DNA of 64,000 nt from Lama guanicoe (taxonomy: Eukaryota). The notes under the pieces were generated by a model, which did not search any database, was not told where the DNA came from, and worked only from the letters and a program-made list of their open reading frames with translations. Position 1 is the stretch's first letter, and the number at the start of each line of letters is the position of its first letter. The stretch covers positions 6,099,957 through 6,163,956 of the forward strand of contig MU053881.1 in assembly GCA_013239625.1 (NCBI GenBank), in the 5' to 3' direction. The translations under genes and the position numbers were made by a program. Shown here piece after piece: positions 49,231-62,723 of the stretch.

Positions 49231-52200
49231 GATGAATCTTAAATGAGACTTTTCTATTTGAATGACGTTCATAGAGCACTTAATAAGAGTCACTAATTTG
49301 GTAGTCACTTCTCATCAGTTCATTCAATCACTATTTATTGTGTCAGGCCCTAGGTGAAGACAAAGTCCCTGCGTTAAAAAAAGCACCTTACTTCTACTAA
49401 ACAAGATGGACGATGAGCAAATAAGCCGAGAGAAATTCAAGCTTATCGGTGCTTTGAAGGAAACCAATGGGATAGAGAAAACCTATTAGTAAAACTTAGG
49501 CTAAGACCCAAAGGCAGGAGAGCCAGCCAGGCAAAAGAAATATTCCAGGCAAAAGATGTCACTTCCCTGCAGGTGAAGGCTAGGCGACAGGCAAGAGGGT
49601 GAAAACAGGCAATAGGTACCTGTCAGAAGCTAATAGGTGGCAGCTCTCAAAGGCACCTTCAAGGTGTTTTTAAATTCATCTCCTCTTAAGTGTGCTTGGA
49701 GTTTGACAAATGTTTATACTTATGTAAACACCTCTTAAGCATCCTCCCCCCATCACTAGTCTCAAGTCGCTTTTAATCTGCTGGCACCAGATTCACATCA
49801 ACATAACCATGTAGTATGTGCTCTTTTGTCTAGCTTCTTTTGCTCAGCATGTTTGAGATTCATCCTCACCCCTTGTTGCTTTTTATCAGTATTACTCCTT
49901 TTTATTGCCGAAGAGTACTCAACAGTGTGGATATATCCATTTATTTGACAACTTATCAAAGACTTTTGACACTAAGGGTCAAAATCCAGTTTTTTAAAAA
50001 AGCGTACTGCAGGTGATAAGAACACATTGGAAGGGTGCAGCAGTGGCAGTTGGGAGGCCAACAAAAAAAAAGCTGTGTCCAGGCAGAAAGTACAGTAGTT
50101 GGGGCCAGCCAACTGTGTTAGTTTGGTATTGGAGTTAAGACACACCTACGTTCAATTCCCAGCTCTCGGCTAGCAAATTCAGTTTTCTAAGCAGATTCTC
50201 ATCTGTAAAATCCCTGGCTGTCTTAAGGGGAGTTGAGAATGTACGTTGACTGCTTGTCCAATGGAATGCCAGCCCTGGGGCGCAATTAACCGTTTTGCTT
50301 GCTGATTAATCCTTAACTTTGGGACACAGTATGAATTTAAATGTTTATTCTTCCCATCTCATTTTAAGTGAAAGTAACTAACAGCACCACAGTCTAACAC
50401 TTGTTTCCCACCTCTTTCTAATCTTAAGTATCACAAAATTCAGGGAGCCTGTAGGATACAAATATTTTGGAGACAGAAGGATGAACTTCCAGCCTGAGAA
50501 CATAGGACAAAAACAGCCTGAAGCCTTCAGTAGGATCAAGTAGTTTAATAAGACCCTTAGCACAAATGTGGCTCTAAAATTTCCTCAAAACCAGCTCTTG
50601 GAACTTTCACAGCATTAAAATAGGATGTCTACTGCCAAGTTCATGAGAAGAGGAGCAACTGGCTCTTTGGTAAGATATGGCTGGAAGGTAGCCTTAAGAC
50701 TTTCTGAAACAACTTAATCCTGTACCTACACAGGCCAGATCACTAACCTTTAATAGGGTCAGTACTTTTTGTGACCCTCAATCTTTTTTCTTGGATAATT
50801 TCAAACAAAACCACCCCCTAGACCATGTAAACATAATCTCCGCTCATCACCAAGCTAGTAGCTCTGCAAGCTTTATACACCACTATAAACCTCATTCTAT
50901 CATCTGTAGGACCCACTAATTTAGACAGCCTGATCTGCTCTTCCCAAATGGCCTTTTTTCATTAACTGATTTTGTCCTCTGGTTTCCTCACTCATAACCT
51001 AGCCATATGTGATTAAGATATCGAATGAAGAGAAGCTTCCTCCAGACAGCTGACAAGTGCTTCCCTGCCCTCCTAGTGCTTAGTTTTCCCCTTGCTTTTC
51101 CAAAGGGTCTGATCTGATCATCTGCATCTAAGTCAGCTACACAATACTGAGTTCACTACTGGCCATTTCTCCCCACCCAGGCTATGGTCTCTAAACGCCA
51201 TTCTTCTTAAAAAAGGAACCAAAGCGCCTAAGGGAAACAGACAATTCTAGAACTGAGAACGAAATGAAGATAAGCCTGGAACATTCTGTCACAGTAGAAA
51301 GCAAGAAGTTTAAGTCAAAGACTACTTACTGGAGTCAGTGGTGGTAGGAGCAAGCTTGAAGGGGATTCCACTGGCCAAAAAGAAGATTGACAACACAGTG
51401 GATTGAAATCCAAGTCTATAAAAATCTGAGTTCAGGATACTTAAAACTAGTTACTTTCAGGGGTTGCTAAGACATCAAACCATCATTCAGAAAATCGGTA
51501 AATGAAAATAAAGCATTACAGGTACTATTCAAAGTTAGGTACAAACTAAAGGCAATAAAGTGGGGATTTTAAAGAAAATGACTACAGAGTAACAAATGGT
51601 ATTGTTGAGGGACTAAGCCATTAAGAAAACTCATATTCAGCAGACTAGCTTAAGGGAAGTTACTCCATCAGCCAGCAACTAAGCCCCAGACGCACCTTAA
51701 CCAAGTATTATTCCTGGTAAATGTACTAAAAACTCCAGAAATAGAATAAACCAGCTTTTCTTACAGCTTCCTCCACTATAAATCAAGATTAATAGCAGGA
51801 ACAATGAAAAAGCAATCTTTTTTATTGGTCTTAGAAAACTTGGAAAATGCTTTGACTAAAAAATTCCAATGTTTCCCATAGTAGGTTACCCAAGTATATT
51901 TGTTTTTAGCGATTAAGCCAATATTGATCCAACTATAGCCAATCTCACTAAGCAGTTTGTACCATACAAAGGGAAGTCACTGTCTTTGAAGCAGGGATTT
52001 CCTATGTCAGAAGTCCAGGAGCAGTAGTTCACTTTTCAGATTACTGTATTTAGTTGGCTGATGTGATGTCTAGTAACTAGCACTACTAGTGACTTCTGAG
52101 GCATAGGGAAATCTTTAATTCTTACCCTTCAAAAAACAAAAAACAAAACAAAAACAAAAAAACACACAAGCCCTACCTGGACCTTATTCACTCTTTTTTA

Positions 52201-52649
52201 TGAGCTAAGAACAGGACTAGTAAGGCCAATTGCTTTCCCTCAGAATGGTGACAAGTCCTTTTGGGTTTCCTGCTACATAAAAGTATCATCAGCTAAACCA
52301 AAGGTTTAACTTGCAGCAACTCAAATACTAAAAATTTCAGACTTACATTTTAAGATATTATACAGCATACAGTGTATTTCTAGTTTTGAACACATTAAGC
52401 AACTGATACTAATAATTACCACACTCCTACATCACATACTATAATGTAAAACACTATCTAGGGAAGATGGCTCAACTTTAACGTCGTTTTCTGTAGCTGA
52501 ACACCAGCAACTTTTCAAATTAATGTGTAGGATGGTTAAGTCATTTGGGATTGTCCTATCAATTTAAAGTAATCATCTTTTAAATCTGCAGTACATAAAC
52601 ATCCTCTAAAATGGATGCACTCTGCAGTGAAACAGAACAAATCTGAGCC

Positions 52650-53530
52650 TCCATTAAATATATAAAAAGAAAGAAGCTACAAGGGCAGAGATGGGCTGAA
52701 GAGAAGAAACTCAATTATCAATGAAGAAAACCACAACCTGAAGTAAATGACTAGAAGAGGCACCTGAAAACAGGCTAGACGAGACAATACTGTCCCAACA
52801 TTTTCCCCCACCCTCCAAAATAAGTTTACTTTGGAAAACCATCTCAGAGATGAAAAGGCTAGTATCTGCAGACCTCCATTAAAATACTTGGAACTAGGGC
52901 CTGGTCAACAAATACCACCCCCCTAATCAATATATAGACAGGCTGGGGGCAGGGTAACAAGTAAACAATGCATGGTATGAGAAGTTTAAGACTTTAGACA
53001 CCACATCCCCCAGGGAACCGAACCAGAGCATTTGGAAGTTAAAAAAAATAAAACCAGCACAAACTTGTGAAGTCCCTTTCCTAAGTTTAAACAAAAAGGA
53101 ACAAGGAAAAACATCCAAGAGAATCAAACAGACGGCCTAAGAATGGATGTTAAGTAGGAGGCTAAAATTTCCCAAGACAATGTCCCAGACCAAGAAGAGT
53201 CTCTGGAGAATAGATCCACAGTCCACCAAGGGCCCAGAACAAGACTATAAGACATTATGAAACCCCAGACCACCAGCAGTAAAACAATCTTACTTAGCTC
53301 TCAGAAAAACTGGTCATATACAAAAGCATACACAAACATGGAATGGACTAGGCCAAGACTCACATTTAAAATTCTGAGGAAAACATTCAGCCAACAAGGC
53401 AGTATACAGTTTGATGTCAAAAAGTCAAGTTCTTTTCAGATATGCAAAAACTCAGAAAAGACCCCCCATGTATTAGGAAACTATTGGAGGATACACTACA
53501 GCAAAACAAGAGGAACAGAAATCCAGCCCT
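52650..53530 (+). mobile_element. Degenerate L1ME/HAL1-type ORF1 remnant
   Basis: A-rich; ttttcagatatgcaaaaactcagaaaa...aggaaactattggaggatacact motif. Confidence 0.5.
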
Positions 53531-53990
53531 GACCATCATGCAACCGAATCTTGGTAAAACAGATAATGGGGGTCCCAATGATTCATCGAATAACCATTGC
53601 ATGCAATTAACTTCCCCCACAGATCTCAAATGTTAAGTACTATTTTGGGTAAACTGAGAAAATAGAAATCATTTTCTGTTCTGGTTCAGATGAAGAACCC
53701 TAGTTGAGAAAGGCTACTGCAGGCTGTTTAAAACGCCAGATTTTCTTTGGGAATGAAAAGGCCAGGACAGGTTGATAGGAAGGTCTGATGAACATCTGGT
53801 AATAATTAACTGTTACCAAGAGGTGGGAAGGTAAAAGCACTAAATCCTCTGAAAAATAGGTTGGTTAACTCTTGAGAAGCAGAACTATTTACTATTTTAG
53901 AGATTTGAGGATACTATTTAGACTTTTAACTATGTACATGTATTTCTTTGACAAAGTATTGAGAGTAAATAATAAGAGAAACAGTGCTAC

Positions 53991-54013
53991 TTTATTAAAA
54001 TACTGAGTTTATT
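53991..54013 (-). terminator. NPM1: NPM1 distal poly(A) signals (AATAAA at 54013-54008 and 53996-53991)
   Basis: Two AATAAA about 300 nt after the stop, followed by U-rich downstream sequence. Confidence 0.85.
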
Positions 54014-54306
54014 TCACATGTATATTTTTGTCTCCCCACCATTTCCATTTGTCTGACCACCACTACTACTATGTCCTATCATAACATTCCATACATACTT
54101 AAAACCAAGCAAAGGGTGGAGTTCCATCTTTTAAAAACTAAACAGGCATTTTGGACAACACATTCTTGGCAATGAAACCTGGACAACATTTATCAGACAC
54201 GGTAGGGAAAGTTCTCACTCTGCGTTATAAAAAGGACAGCCAGATATCAACTGTTACAGAAATGAAATAAGACGGAAAAATTTAACAAACTGTTTAAACT
54301 ATTTTC

Positions 54307-54345
54307 TTAAAGAGACTTCCTCCACTGCCAGAGATCTTGAATAGC
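54307..54345 (-). CDS. NPM1: NPM1 exon 12, coding part (AIQDLWQWRKSL*)
   Basis: Acceptor tttcag; TAA at 54309-54307; WQW nucleolar localisation tryptophans intact. Confidence 0.98.
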   Translation of the reverse strand, partial: AIQDLWQWRKSL

Positions 54346-57191
54346 CTGAAAAGAAAAAAAAGAAATGTGGTTTAAAAACCACAACACTTCACAGACACCA
54401 ATAAATTAAACACGTCTCTTTGTACAGTTCAGTTCAATGCATCTATTTTTCATCTAACACCAAAAAGGTTCACTTTAGATAATTAACTGATTAAGAAAAA
54501 AGTATACTTCAACATAATTTAAAGTACTTCAATTCAGACATAAAATCATGTGATTCTTCTAAGCAAGAGTTTTTACTAATTTTATACTAATACGTATTTA
54601 ACAGCTTAGGTGTATTTAGTTAAGGAATTCAAAACCACTTTGGCCAACGTTGCCTCAATGCCATCAGCTTTAGGGTAGGGCTGCCAGGATTTAGAGGAAA
54701 ACATGCACCTGGACAAGGACCACATAAATATATATATATACCTGAAATAAACCACAAATACACCAAAGATATACATCTCTTTACCTCTCAAATTATATTT
54801 CCCTGATGACATGGGATCAACGGTTCCTTGCTTTGCATGATTTGCTTATAAAAATCCCTTATAGTCTATGTTTTGTTTACACTGTTTAACAGTTTCTATA
54901 GTGGTCACATCCAAGTTATTTCATTTTAGCCACTGAGCATTCATTAATGAGAATACATGCTAGCACTACCATCACATATATAGAACATGTTCTGCCAAAT
55001 TACTCAAACAAGCTCTTCTGGTTTGTTAAAACACATTAACACCGTCTTCCATAACTAATTTACTTTTCCATTTTTGAAATCTAATGATTTAAAATACTAG
55101 TAACAAAAAAAGGAGCACCCTTGTCAATTCCTATGTCCTTCTTCAACTCGTAATTCATTCTGCTTGTTCTGATGCTTGTATTTAGTAACATCCATGTAAA
55201 AGAACCAAATTCTTCAAGTGATAAAAAACCATTTCAAAAGACAATCATTTAAGTACAGTATTATCTATCTCAAGCTGGTGTTTCTTTTCCTATTCATAAA
55301 TAATGCCTCTTTAAGAGAAAAAGTTGATTTTTTTGGTCAACTCTTTAAAGGATTCAACAAGTTCCTTCAAAGCAATGGAGAACTTCAGTGACTGCTCTTC
55401 TATTAATTTACATGATCCTACTGCTGAAAAGACATTTAAAACTATGAACAAGAAATAAGTAGGTTCTACTCAATGAATTACTTAAAATGTCACCAAGAAT
55501 TTCAGGGGCCTTTAAAAAAATATGATTTCAGTGCTTCAAATAAAGATGAATTCTCACAAATACTGTTGTTAAACACAGCCATCGGATTTAAAGTGCAAGG
55601 GAACTGAATGAATATCATGTCAATAAATATCATTCTCTAATCTTTCAGTTAAATACAAATGCTAAAGAACAATTTCATGACACTCCAATGTCAAAAAAAT
55701 ACCAGATGCTGTTTGACCTACGTAATATATAAAATACTGAATGGAGTGGCGAACATCTTCCTAGGTCTCATCTCGAAGAGATTTTACTGGCCATATCCTC
55801 ATAAGCAACTTTTTTCAGAAGAAAAATTGTATAAGCAAAAAGAAGATATTTTATACATTGTGATCATATACATTTGCAGTTATGCTATATAAAAATGTGA
55901 TGCGTTTAGTGTCTCCATAACAGTAAACTGAGCTATCATATTCTTTATTATTGAAGAAATTTCATCCTGGCACCTGAAAATATGCTTTCAGTTTTGGAGT
56001 CAGAAAACACTTCTGACAGCGGGAGTTCCATCATTTTAGCTGTATGGCTGATGTTACACTGTCTGGAAGGCCTTGCAACTTTGCTTATTACTTTATCTTC
56101 ACTTGCAATTTTCTTAGTCAAAAATTTTACCACTTTCTTTGGTATTAGTTGTAGAAATAATACACCTCTTACGCTTCCCTGTTAATAGATGTTGGGTTAT
56201 ATCTGACTTTCCACCATTTTCAATACTGAATTAACAACTGCATACTGCGTAGTTTCAAAAGGACTTTTATATTTACTTAATGCCCACTACTCAGAAAATT
56301 CATCCAATTTACACTGGCAATTTGGGATTCAAATATACACACACACAAAAAGAATATCAACTAAAAGAACAAAAGACTCAATCTGGTCATCTCACAGCTA
56401 TGGCCATGAAGGCTAACTCACAAGTAACTGTATAGAGTATTAAATCGCTGAGAAAAATAGTGTTGCCATTTAAATGATTTAAGTACTAAACAGCTCTAAG
56501 TAATATATTTCTTAACTGAAAAAAGCTGAATACAGAAGATTCAGGGAGTCCTGAAAACAACCATTATACAAAGGGCATGTCCTGTATGTACATGATGCAA
56601 AGCAACCCTGTTAACTGCTTTTACATTTTCCTTTACAGCCTGTGAGTCAACTGTAAATAAGAGTAAAAATAAATGACTCTTCTTTGACAAAACCTCCCCA
56701 TTAATAAGGTTATTTCTTCACAAAATCTAATAGGTGACTTTATACACCGAGTATGATAATTTGGCTTCTTGCTTCCAAATTTTACACGTAGGTTGATTTC
56801 AGCAAAATGCGCTTCCCATAAGATCTATGGAGAAAATCATCCCTGCCAACTCACAAGAAAGCAAAGACCAGACTGCTCAAGAAGCCAAATGGAGCAGCAC
56901 AGAAAACCACAGCTCATTTCCATGGCCAATATAGTACCAAAAGCAAAACTGAATTCAGTAACCAAGAGATAATTTACCAGCTATACAAAAGCTGGGAAAA
57001 ATGTACTAAAATTAATCTTCTCAGTCTATCCCAACTAAATTCTTAAGAGTTTCCATGTATTTAATCTCAAGTATTACCTGTGGTTAGCAACCTTTTAAAA
57101 GAAGCCAATGCCTAAAAAGACTAAACAAATAACTATAATAAATCACAATAAAAATTTTGGATTTGGCCATGTCCCCAGAAAATTTAGTTAC

Positions 57192-57266
57192 CTCTTGGTC
57201 AGTCATCCGGAAACAATTCTTCACATAATTGATGAACTTGGCTTCCACTTTGGGAAGAGAACCACC
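57192..57266 (-). CDS. NPM1: NPM1 exon 11 ([25 protein letters not shown])
   Basis: Acceptor caatag, donor gtaact; 75 nt. Confidence 0.98.
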
Positions 57267-58148
57267 CTATTGAAACAAAAGCATTATTAAGGTTAAGTAT
57301 AGAAACACTATTTTGGGGAGGTAACTTTATGAAATTCCTCAAAGATTTGCATGCTGTTTATTATACGGATCACTGTGATTCGTTCCTTGCCCCTTCAATT
57401 CTTAAAAAATACTGAGTAAATCCCTTTTTAGGCCTAGAAAGACCTGTTGTGCAACATATTAGGAAAAAACGTAGTAACGGTATTCCACAGTATTCTCACA
57501 CTGATAAGGTCTGTCAAAGTTTCAAATCCCCCCCAGTCACTCTGGAAAAAAAAAATTGTAAGCTATGCTTGAGATTCTTTAGGCATTCATGTCAACTTGA
57601 CTGCCTACTGTATTATGTAACAAGTCAGCTTTATCATCACCCTCTACCACTCAGGACTAAATACAAAACATACAGCCCCTCTAAGTATCATGTAATATAA
57701 AAGCAACCAAAATTGCTAGAAAAAGAAAATCACTTAATATGTACCAAGACCATAGGTCCAGCACAGTGCTAATCTAAGTGTCAATTCAGGGGGTATATGA
57801 AGAAAATGGGGGGGGGGAATTGTATTACATTTCATTAAACTCTAAAATTTGGCATTCCTTTCAATTACGGGCACAGGGAAGAAACCACAATTGCATTAGC
57901 ATCAAATTATTTTCAAAGTATTTTGTCACCAAATATTTTCAAAGATCTCAAAATGTTTATCACTGCTTTGGAATGTCAAGGTACTTTATTTTCCTTGTAA
58001 CCTGAATCCGAATCTTCTATGTATTTTAAAAAGATCAAGAACACTTTAGGTATGGTATACTTAACTGCCTCTATCACCTAGAAAATAAACCTCACTATAG
58101 TTTACACTTTTAAATTACCGTCACATACATTCTTATTTGATTCAAAGA

Positions 58149-58154
58149 TTTATT
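58149..58154 (-). terminator. NPM1: Poly(A) signal AATAAA of NPM1 alternative exon 10
   Basis: AATAAA on the minus strand about 310 nt after the exon 10 stop, in L2-like sequence. Confidence 0.75.
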
Positions 58155-58466
58155 GAGCCAACTAGGGAGATACAAAGGTGATTAAAACATGGTCAAAGAG
58201 GTGAGGCAGATGCACAAGTAATAAAAAGCAAAGTGTAAGGTTCACTGAATCACAGCAGTCAAAAGAAAGTGCTTTAGGAGAGAGATCAAGAGATTGCTTC
58301 CAGCCTGGAAGGGGGCGTGGGTAGGTGGCAAATCAGGAAAGGGGATTGATATTAAAATAGAAGACTTCAGTCTGGATTGTTGATGATACTCAGTATGGAC
58401 TATATTTCTCTCCTTTTCCTCTCTCCCCATCTTTGGGCTTAATTTACCAGTAGTGCCCAGGATTGT

Positions 58467-58475
58467 TCAATGTGC
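58467..58475 (-). CDS. NPM1: NPM1 alternative terminal exon 10, coding part (A-H-stop; B23.2 short isoform)
   Basis: Acceptor ttgcag then GCA CAT TGA; followed by a UTR of about 320 nt ending at AATAAA 58154-58149; B23.2 is known to end ...IEKAH. Confidence 0.88.
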   Translation of the reverse strand, partial: AH

Positions 58476-59144
58476 CTGCAATTAAACCAAGGAGATAGGA
58501 CCATATTAAAATTAGGGGGAGGGGTACCTACAATATGTCATTTTAGCACTGTATGCAAGGGATAAAAATAGAGCAGTGACCAATATACCAAAGGCTAAAA
58601 GTTTTATAGTAGTACTAAAGCAAAATACATTCTGGTTTTAAAATGCTACTTTTCCAATTGATTCATAATTGCACAAGGAAAAGAAAACTACCGAAGCCAT
58701 GCAGAACCTAGAGAGCACAGGAAAAAAATATGGGAAACGGGGTCAGTAACTTCCTCACCATACCATATTTATTCTCAATAACTGGGGTCTAAGATTACCC
58801 AAAGTTTCTCTCAAACGTGTTTCAAGGCGTCTAAACCAATTATTCCAGTATAGAGTTCTCTAGTAAGGGTAGCCCCCACCCCAAAACAAACAAGTAGGAC
58901 AAAAGCTGAATCCTCCTCTCACATATCCAATACTTAAAAGGAGGATTAATGTAAACCTATTAGTCACTCAAAAATTCAAGATATTACCAAACGTATTGAC
59001 TGGTGACACCTTGGTGCACAAGGCAAACAGAAATGATTCAATTTGTTGGAAAATGTTTCTCACTAGAGTAAAATTTTTTTAAAAAAACACCAAGCAGCAA
59101 AAGACTATACTTTTCCAGCTGTTTGCAATTTTAGAAGACTCATA

Positions 59145-59158
59145 CGCCCCCTGCTGGC
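59145..59158 (-). promoter_or_regulatory. CTCF core motif GCCAGCAGGGGGCG in NPM1 intron 9
   Basis: Near-perfect consensus forming an isolated GC-rich spot in an AT-rich intron. Confidence 0.65.
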
Positions 59159-59472
59159 TCTGTAGCATCTTACAACCAGGCAAGGGAAATGTTTTCATTC
59201 ATCTCATTTTAACACCTAAGGTCAGAATATATCTTAACAGCTGTATTCCTTATAACTGAAAATAAAGCATATGTAACTTCAAATACGCAAAGAAGAATCA
59301 GCAGAGATTGTGAATTAACATAAGTAACTAGGAATCCATTTTTTAAAAAAATTTCACACCACAAAAGGGGTAGGATAAAAAATGAGGAGTCCTGGTTCTA
59401 CCCAAATCCCAGAGAAGTTTAATTTGAGAGAGAAATAAACCAATCTAGTTTTTGAACAACAATTTTACTCAC

Positions 59473-59574
59473 TTTTTCTATACTTGCTTGCATTTTTGCT
59501 TTAATGTCTTCTACAGAACTAGGTCCTTTTGGTGTTTTAGGAGTTTTTTCCTGTTTTTTGAAGGATTCTTGACC
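59473..59574 (-). CDS. NPM1: NPM1 exon 9 ([34 protein letters not shown])
   Basis: ORF track 59419..59601; acceptor ttccag, donor gtgagt; 102 nt. Confidence 0.98.
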
Positions 59575-60127
59575 CTGGAAAAAAAGGGCTAATTTCAACA
59601 TTAAGAGTACACACAGCTCTTAAGATCTAACCTACCTGGATTTTCTCAATAAATTATTCTTAAAACCCTTCCTTGTAAAAACGATTATATACCAGTTAAG
59701 TTGCCATTATAAACGAATTCATGTCTGAACAATAATTTTTTGTTCTTAAATTACTCCTTAGAAAAGGAACAGGAAATAGTTTGAGCCTGCACTTACATTC
59801 AATACTAGGTCAGTTCTACGCTTAAAGGGTATTTTTTTTCTTGTAAAAAGGGTATTTTCAAAAATGAAACCAGAAGGTCCCTAATAGGTAAGAAAGTTAA
59901 TGAAGCTTGAGGCCTGGGGCCCACAACCATAGCATTTAAATGATAATCTCCCGATATACAACCAGCATTGAGAAACTCTACACTATACGATAAATATATC
60001 TTTCAATAAGCAAATACCCATACATAACACAACTGTTTATATCACGATGACAATCTTTCTGTTAGCTCTCTCACCAACCTGAACATCAACCAATGTTAAG
60101 TGGTCAACAATCTGTGTGTAACTTATG

Positions 60128-60271
60128 GTTAACCCTCCCCATCTGTCGTTCCTCTGCATCCAGATTCAACCAATCATGAATATGCAGTACTATAGTATTT
60201 ACCACTTGAAAAAACCCATGTATAAATGAACCCATACAGTTTAAACCTATGCTGTTCAAGGGTCAACCGTC
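60128..60271. mobile_element. MER8-like Tigger MITE in NPM1 intron 8
   Basis: gcatccagattcaaccaa...gtataaatgaacccatacagtttaaacctatgctgttcaagggtcaac. Confidence 0.7.
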
Positions 60272-60428
60272 TATGACACTGATTACCAACAAGCACATTT
60301 TAGCTCTTCAACACCAACTACAGGTATTCTCCAAAGGCCTACCAAATTTTAGACAGTAGATTCTTCCACTTCTGTGGAAACTACCAACTTCAATGGAGTC
60401 TGTATTTGTGTGTTATGTTACCACTTAC

Positions 60429-60512
60429 TTTTGATCTTGGTGTTGATGGTTTTGAGTCTTTTCCATTCTGGTTTGATTTTTGTGCGTTTTTGGCTGGAGT
60501 ATCTCGTATAGA
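60429..60512 (-). CDS. NPM1: NPM1 exon 8 ([28 protein letters not shown])
   Basis: Acceptor ttgcag, donor gtaagt; 84 nt; contains TP CDK sites. Confidence 0.97.
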
Positions 60513-60871
60513 CTGCAATTAGAAATTAATCTTAATCAATGACCCTCTCTACGTAACAGATGTTATCAGCGCAAATAAAACTGCCCCAAACTATGTAAAA
60601 GCAGCCAGGTTAAGATGAAAACAATCATTCTGACAAAAGCTTGCAAAAGGGCTAACGAACAGGGAGAAGCCCACATGGAGAAAGAAAACAGATTATTCCC
60701 CACTATTAGGCAAGTTTCCAGGACAGCACTACTCAGGACCAATTTTAATTATGAGATCATCGTTTCCTAAGCCAACTTTTGATAAGTACAAAACAAGTCA
60801 ACAGCACTAAAAAATGCCCATTATTTTTTGTTATTAGCTATTTCTGACTATTTTAAAGTACTGCATCTTAC

Positions 60872-60929
60872 TTTCTTTACTGGAGCTTTTTCTTCAGCTT
60901 CCTCATCATCAAAATCATCATCATCATCA
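60872..60929 (-). CDS. NPM1: NPM1 exon 7 (DDDDDDFDDEEAEEKAPVKK)
   Basis: Acceptor ttgtag, donor gtaaga; 58 nt; phase matches exon 6. Confidence 0.97.
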
Positions 60930-61069
60930 CTACAAAAGAAATAAGTCCTTATTACTGATTCAATGCACTCAACAAATCTAGAAAAAGTGAAGAAACCTAC
61001 AAGTTTAGTCAATTAAAGCATGAATAACTTTCACAATTTTGGGGGTTGACAGAAGAATCGAAAGCATGA

Positions 61070-62030
61070 TCTTTAAGAGATATCTGCACATTCATCTTCA
61101 TTGCAGCATTATTCACCATTACCAAGAGGTAGAAACAACCCAAATGTGTTCATCAATAGTTAAATAAGGAAAATGCCATACATATACACATCAGGGAATA
61201 CCCAGTCTTTAGGGAAATCCTGTCAAATGCAGCACACAGATGAAGCTTAAGGACATTATGCTAAGAGAAAGAAGACAATCTAGACCGTCACAAAAAGACA
61301 AATCCAGTATGATTCCTCTTATATCAAGTATCTAAAACAATCAGTCTTTACAGAAACTAAAAGATTGGTGGTTGTCAGCAGCTGGGGAGAGGTGCAAATG
61401 GGGGCTTTTTCTTCAATAGTTATGGTTTTCAGTATTACTAACTGAATCTGAGCTCTAACAATAGAACATAATTAACACTACTAAACTGAACATTTAAATA
61501 GTTCAGATGGTAAATGTGTAATTTTTTAATAACTAAAAAGATTAATTTTTTAAATAATAAAAATGGGGTTACTGAAAGAAATTTAAAAGATAAACATATC
61601 CCACATTCATGGGCCAGTATATATTAGGGTGGCAACTCTCCAAATTAATCTACAGATTTAATACAATCCCTAAAAGAACCCTAGCTGGTTTCTCCATAGA
61701 AACTGATCCTAAAATTCATTGAAATTCAAGGAACCCAAAGTAGCCAAAAGCAATCCTGAAAAAGAACAAAGTTGAAGCATTCCAATTAAGTGACTTCAAA
61801 CTGAAATCTATAAAAACTGCAAAGCAAAAGAAATTAGAATAGTGATCATACACCAGTAGAATGGAAATGCAAAGTCTAGACATAAATCCGTATTTATGGT
61901 AACTATTTTCAACAAAAGGACGAAGACTATAAGGTAGGAAAAGAAGTCTTTCACAAATGCGGACTGGATATTCACAATCAAAAAAATGAAGTTGATACTG
62001 CTTCACATAGCAAAGACTAATCACAAACAG
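61070..62030 (+). mobile_element. L1M fragments (3' end plus ORF2 piece) in NPM1 intron 6, antisense to NPM1
   Basis: cattgcagcattattcacc...aaggacattatgctaagagaaa; caaattaatctacagatttaatacaatccc...agccaaagcaatcctgaaaaagaacaaagttg. Confidence 0.8.
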
Positions 62031-62557
62031 CATTTTATTGCAGTGTCTGTAACTTCACCATAGCCTGATCTAGTTCAAAAAACACATCAAATCTCGTTTA
62101 CAACCAAACTTAAAATTCTCCAAGAAAATCCTATTCTCTTTTAGAAACTTTTCTTCTAAGGACCATATAACCACAGACCAAAATCTTTTGTGGGGGGGAA
62201 AGAAAATCAAGGGAAAACTTACAAAATACAGCTGGAGCTATTCAGATTCTTTCTGCTCAATCCATTTTATTACAAACTCTTCAGCATAAGATACACCAGA
62301 CTTGTTAACTTGTTAGCACATTTAGTAATTTTTCTACTAAATCTCCCTCAAAAATAAAAAGCACCTAGTCAAAACGTTTTGGGAAATGCTGCATACTCCA
62401 TCCTTTAATTCAGCTCATTTAACAAAAACACAACCATTGACCATTCACCTAACATTTAATAAAAATTACTTAATTCCACAAGATAATTTTGGTAAATAAT
62501 TTTCATGCAACTCCGCCCCATACAACTATGTCAGGTTTCTAAGGGCATACTACTTAC

Positions 62558-62622
62558 TCGTCATCATCATCGTCATCGTCATCATCATCTTCATCTTCAT
62601 CAGCAGCAAGTTTTACTTTTTT
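62558..62622 (-). CDS. NPM1: NPM1 exon 6 (KKVKLAADEDEDDDDDDDDDD)
   Basis: Acceptor ttaataag, donor gtaagt; 65 nt. Confidence 0.96.
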
Positions 62623-62723
62623 CTTATTAAAAAAAAAATGAACACACATTGATAAGCAAGTGCTAATCCAAACTACCAAACTAAAGCCAAGAGTAAGTTA
62701 TGGGTATTAAATTACATCTATAC

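Noticed and set aside
55948..56133. 61-aa minus-strand ORF in NPM1 intron 11, followed by AATAAA
   Set aside because: No convincing acceptor or polypyrimidine tract and no recognisable homology; lies beside degraded L1-like sequence
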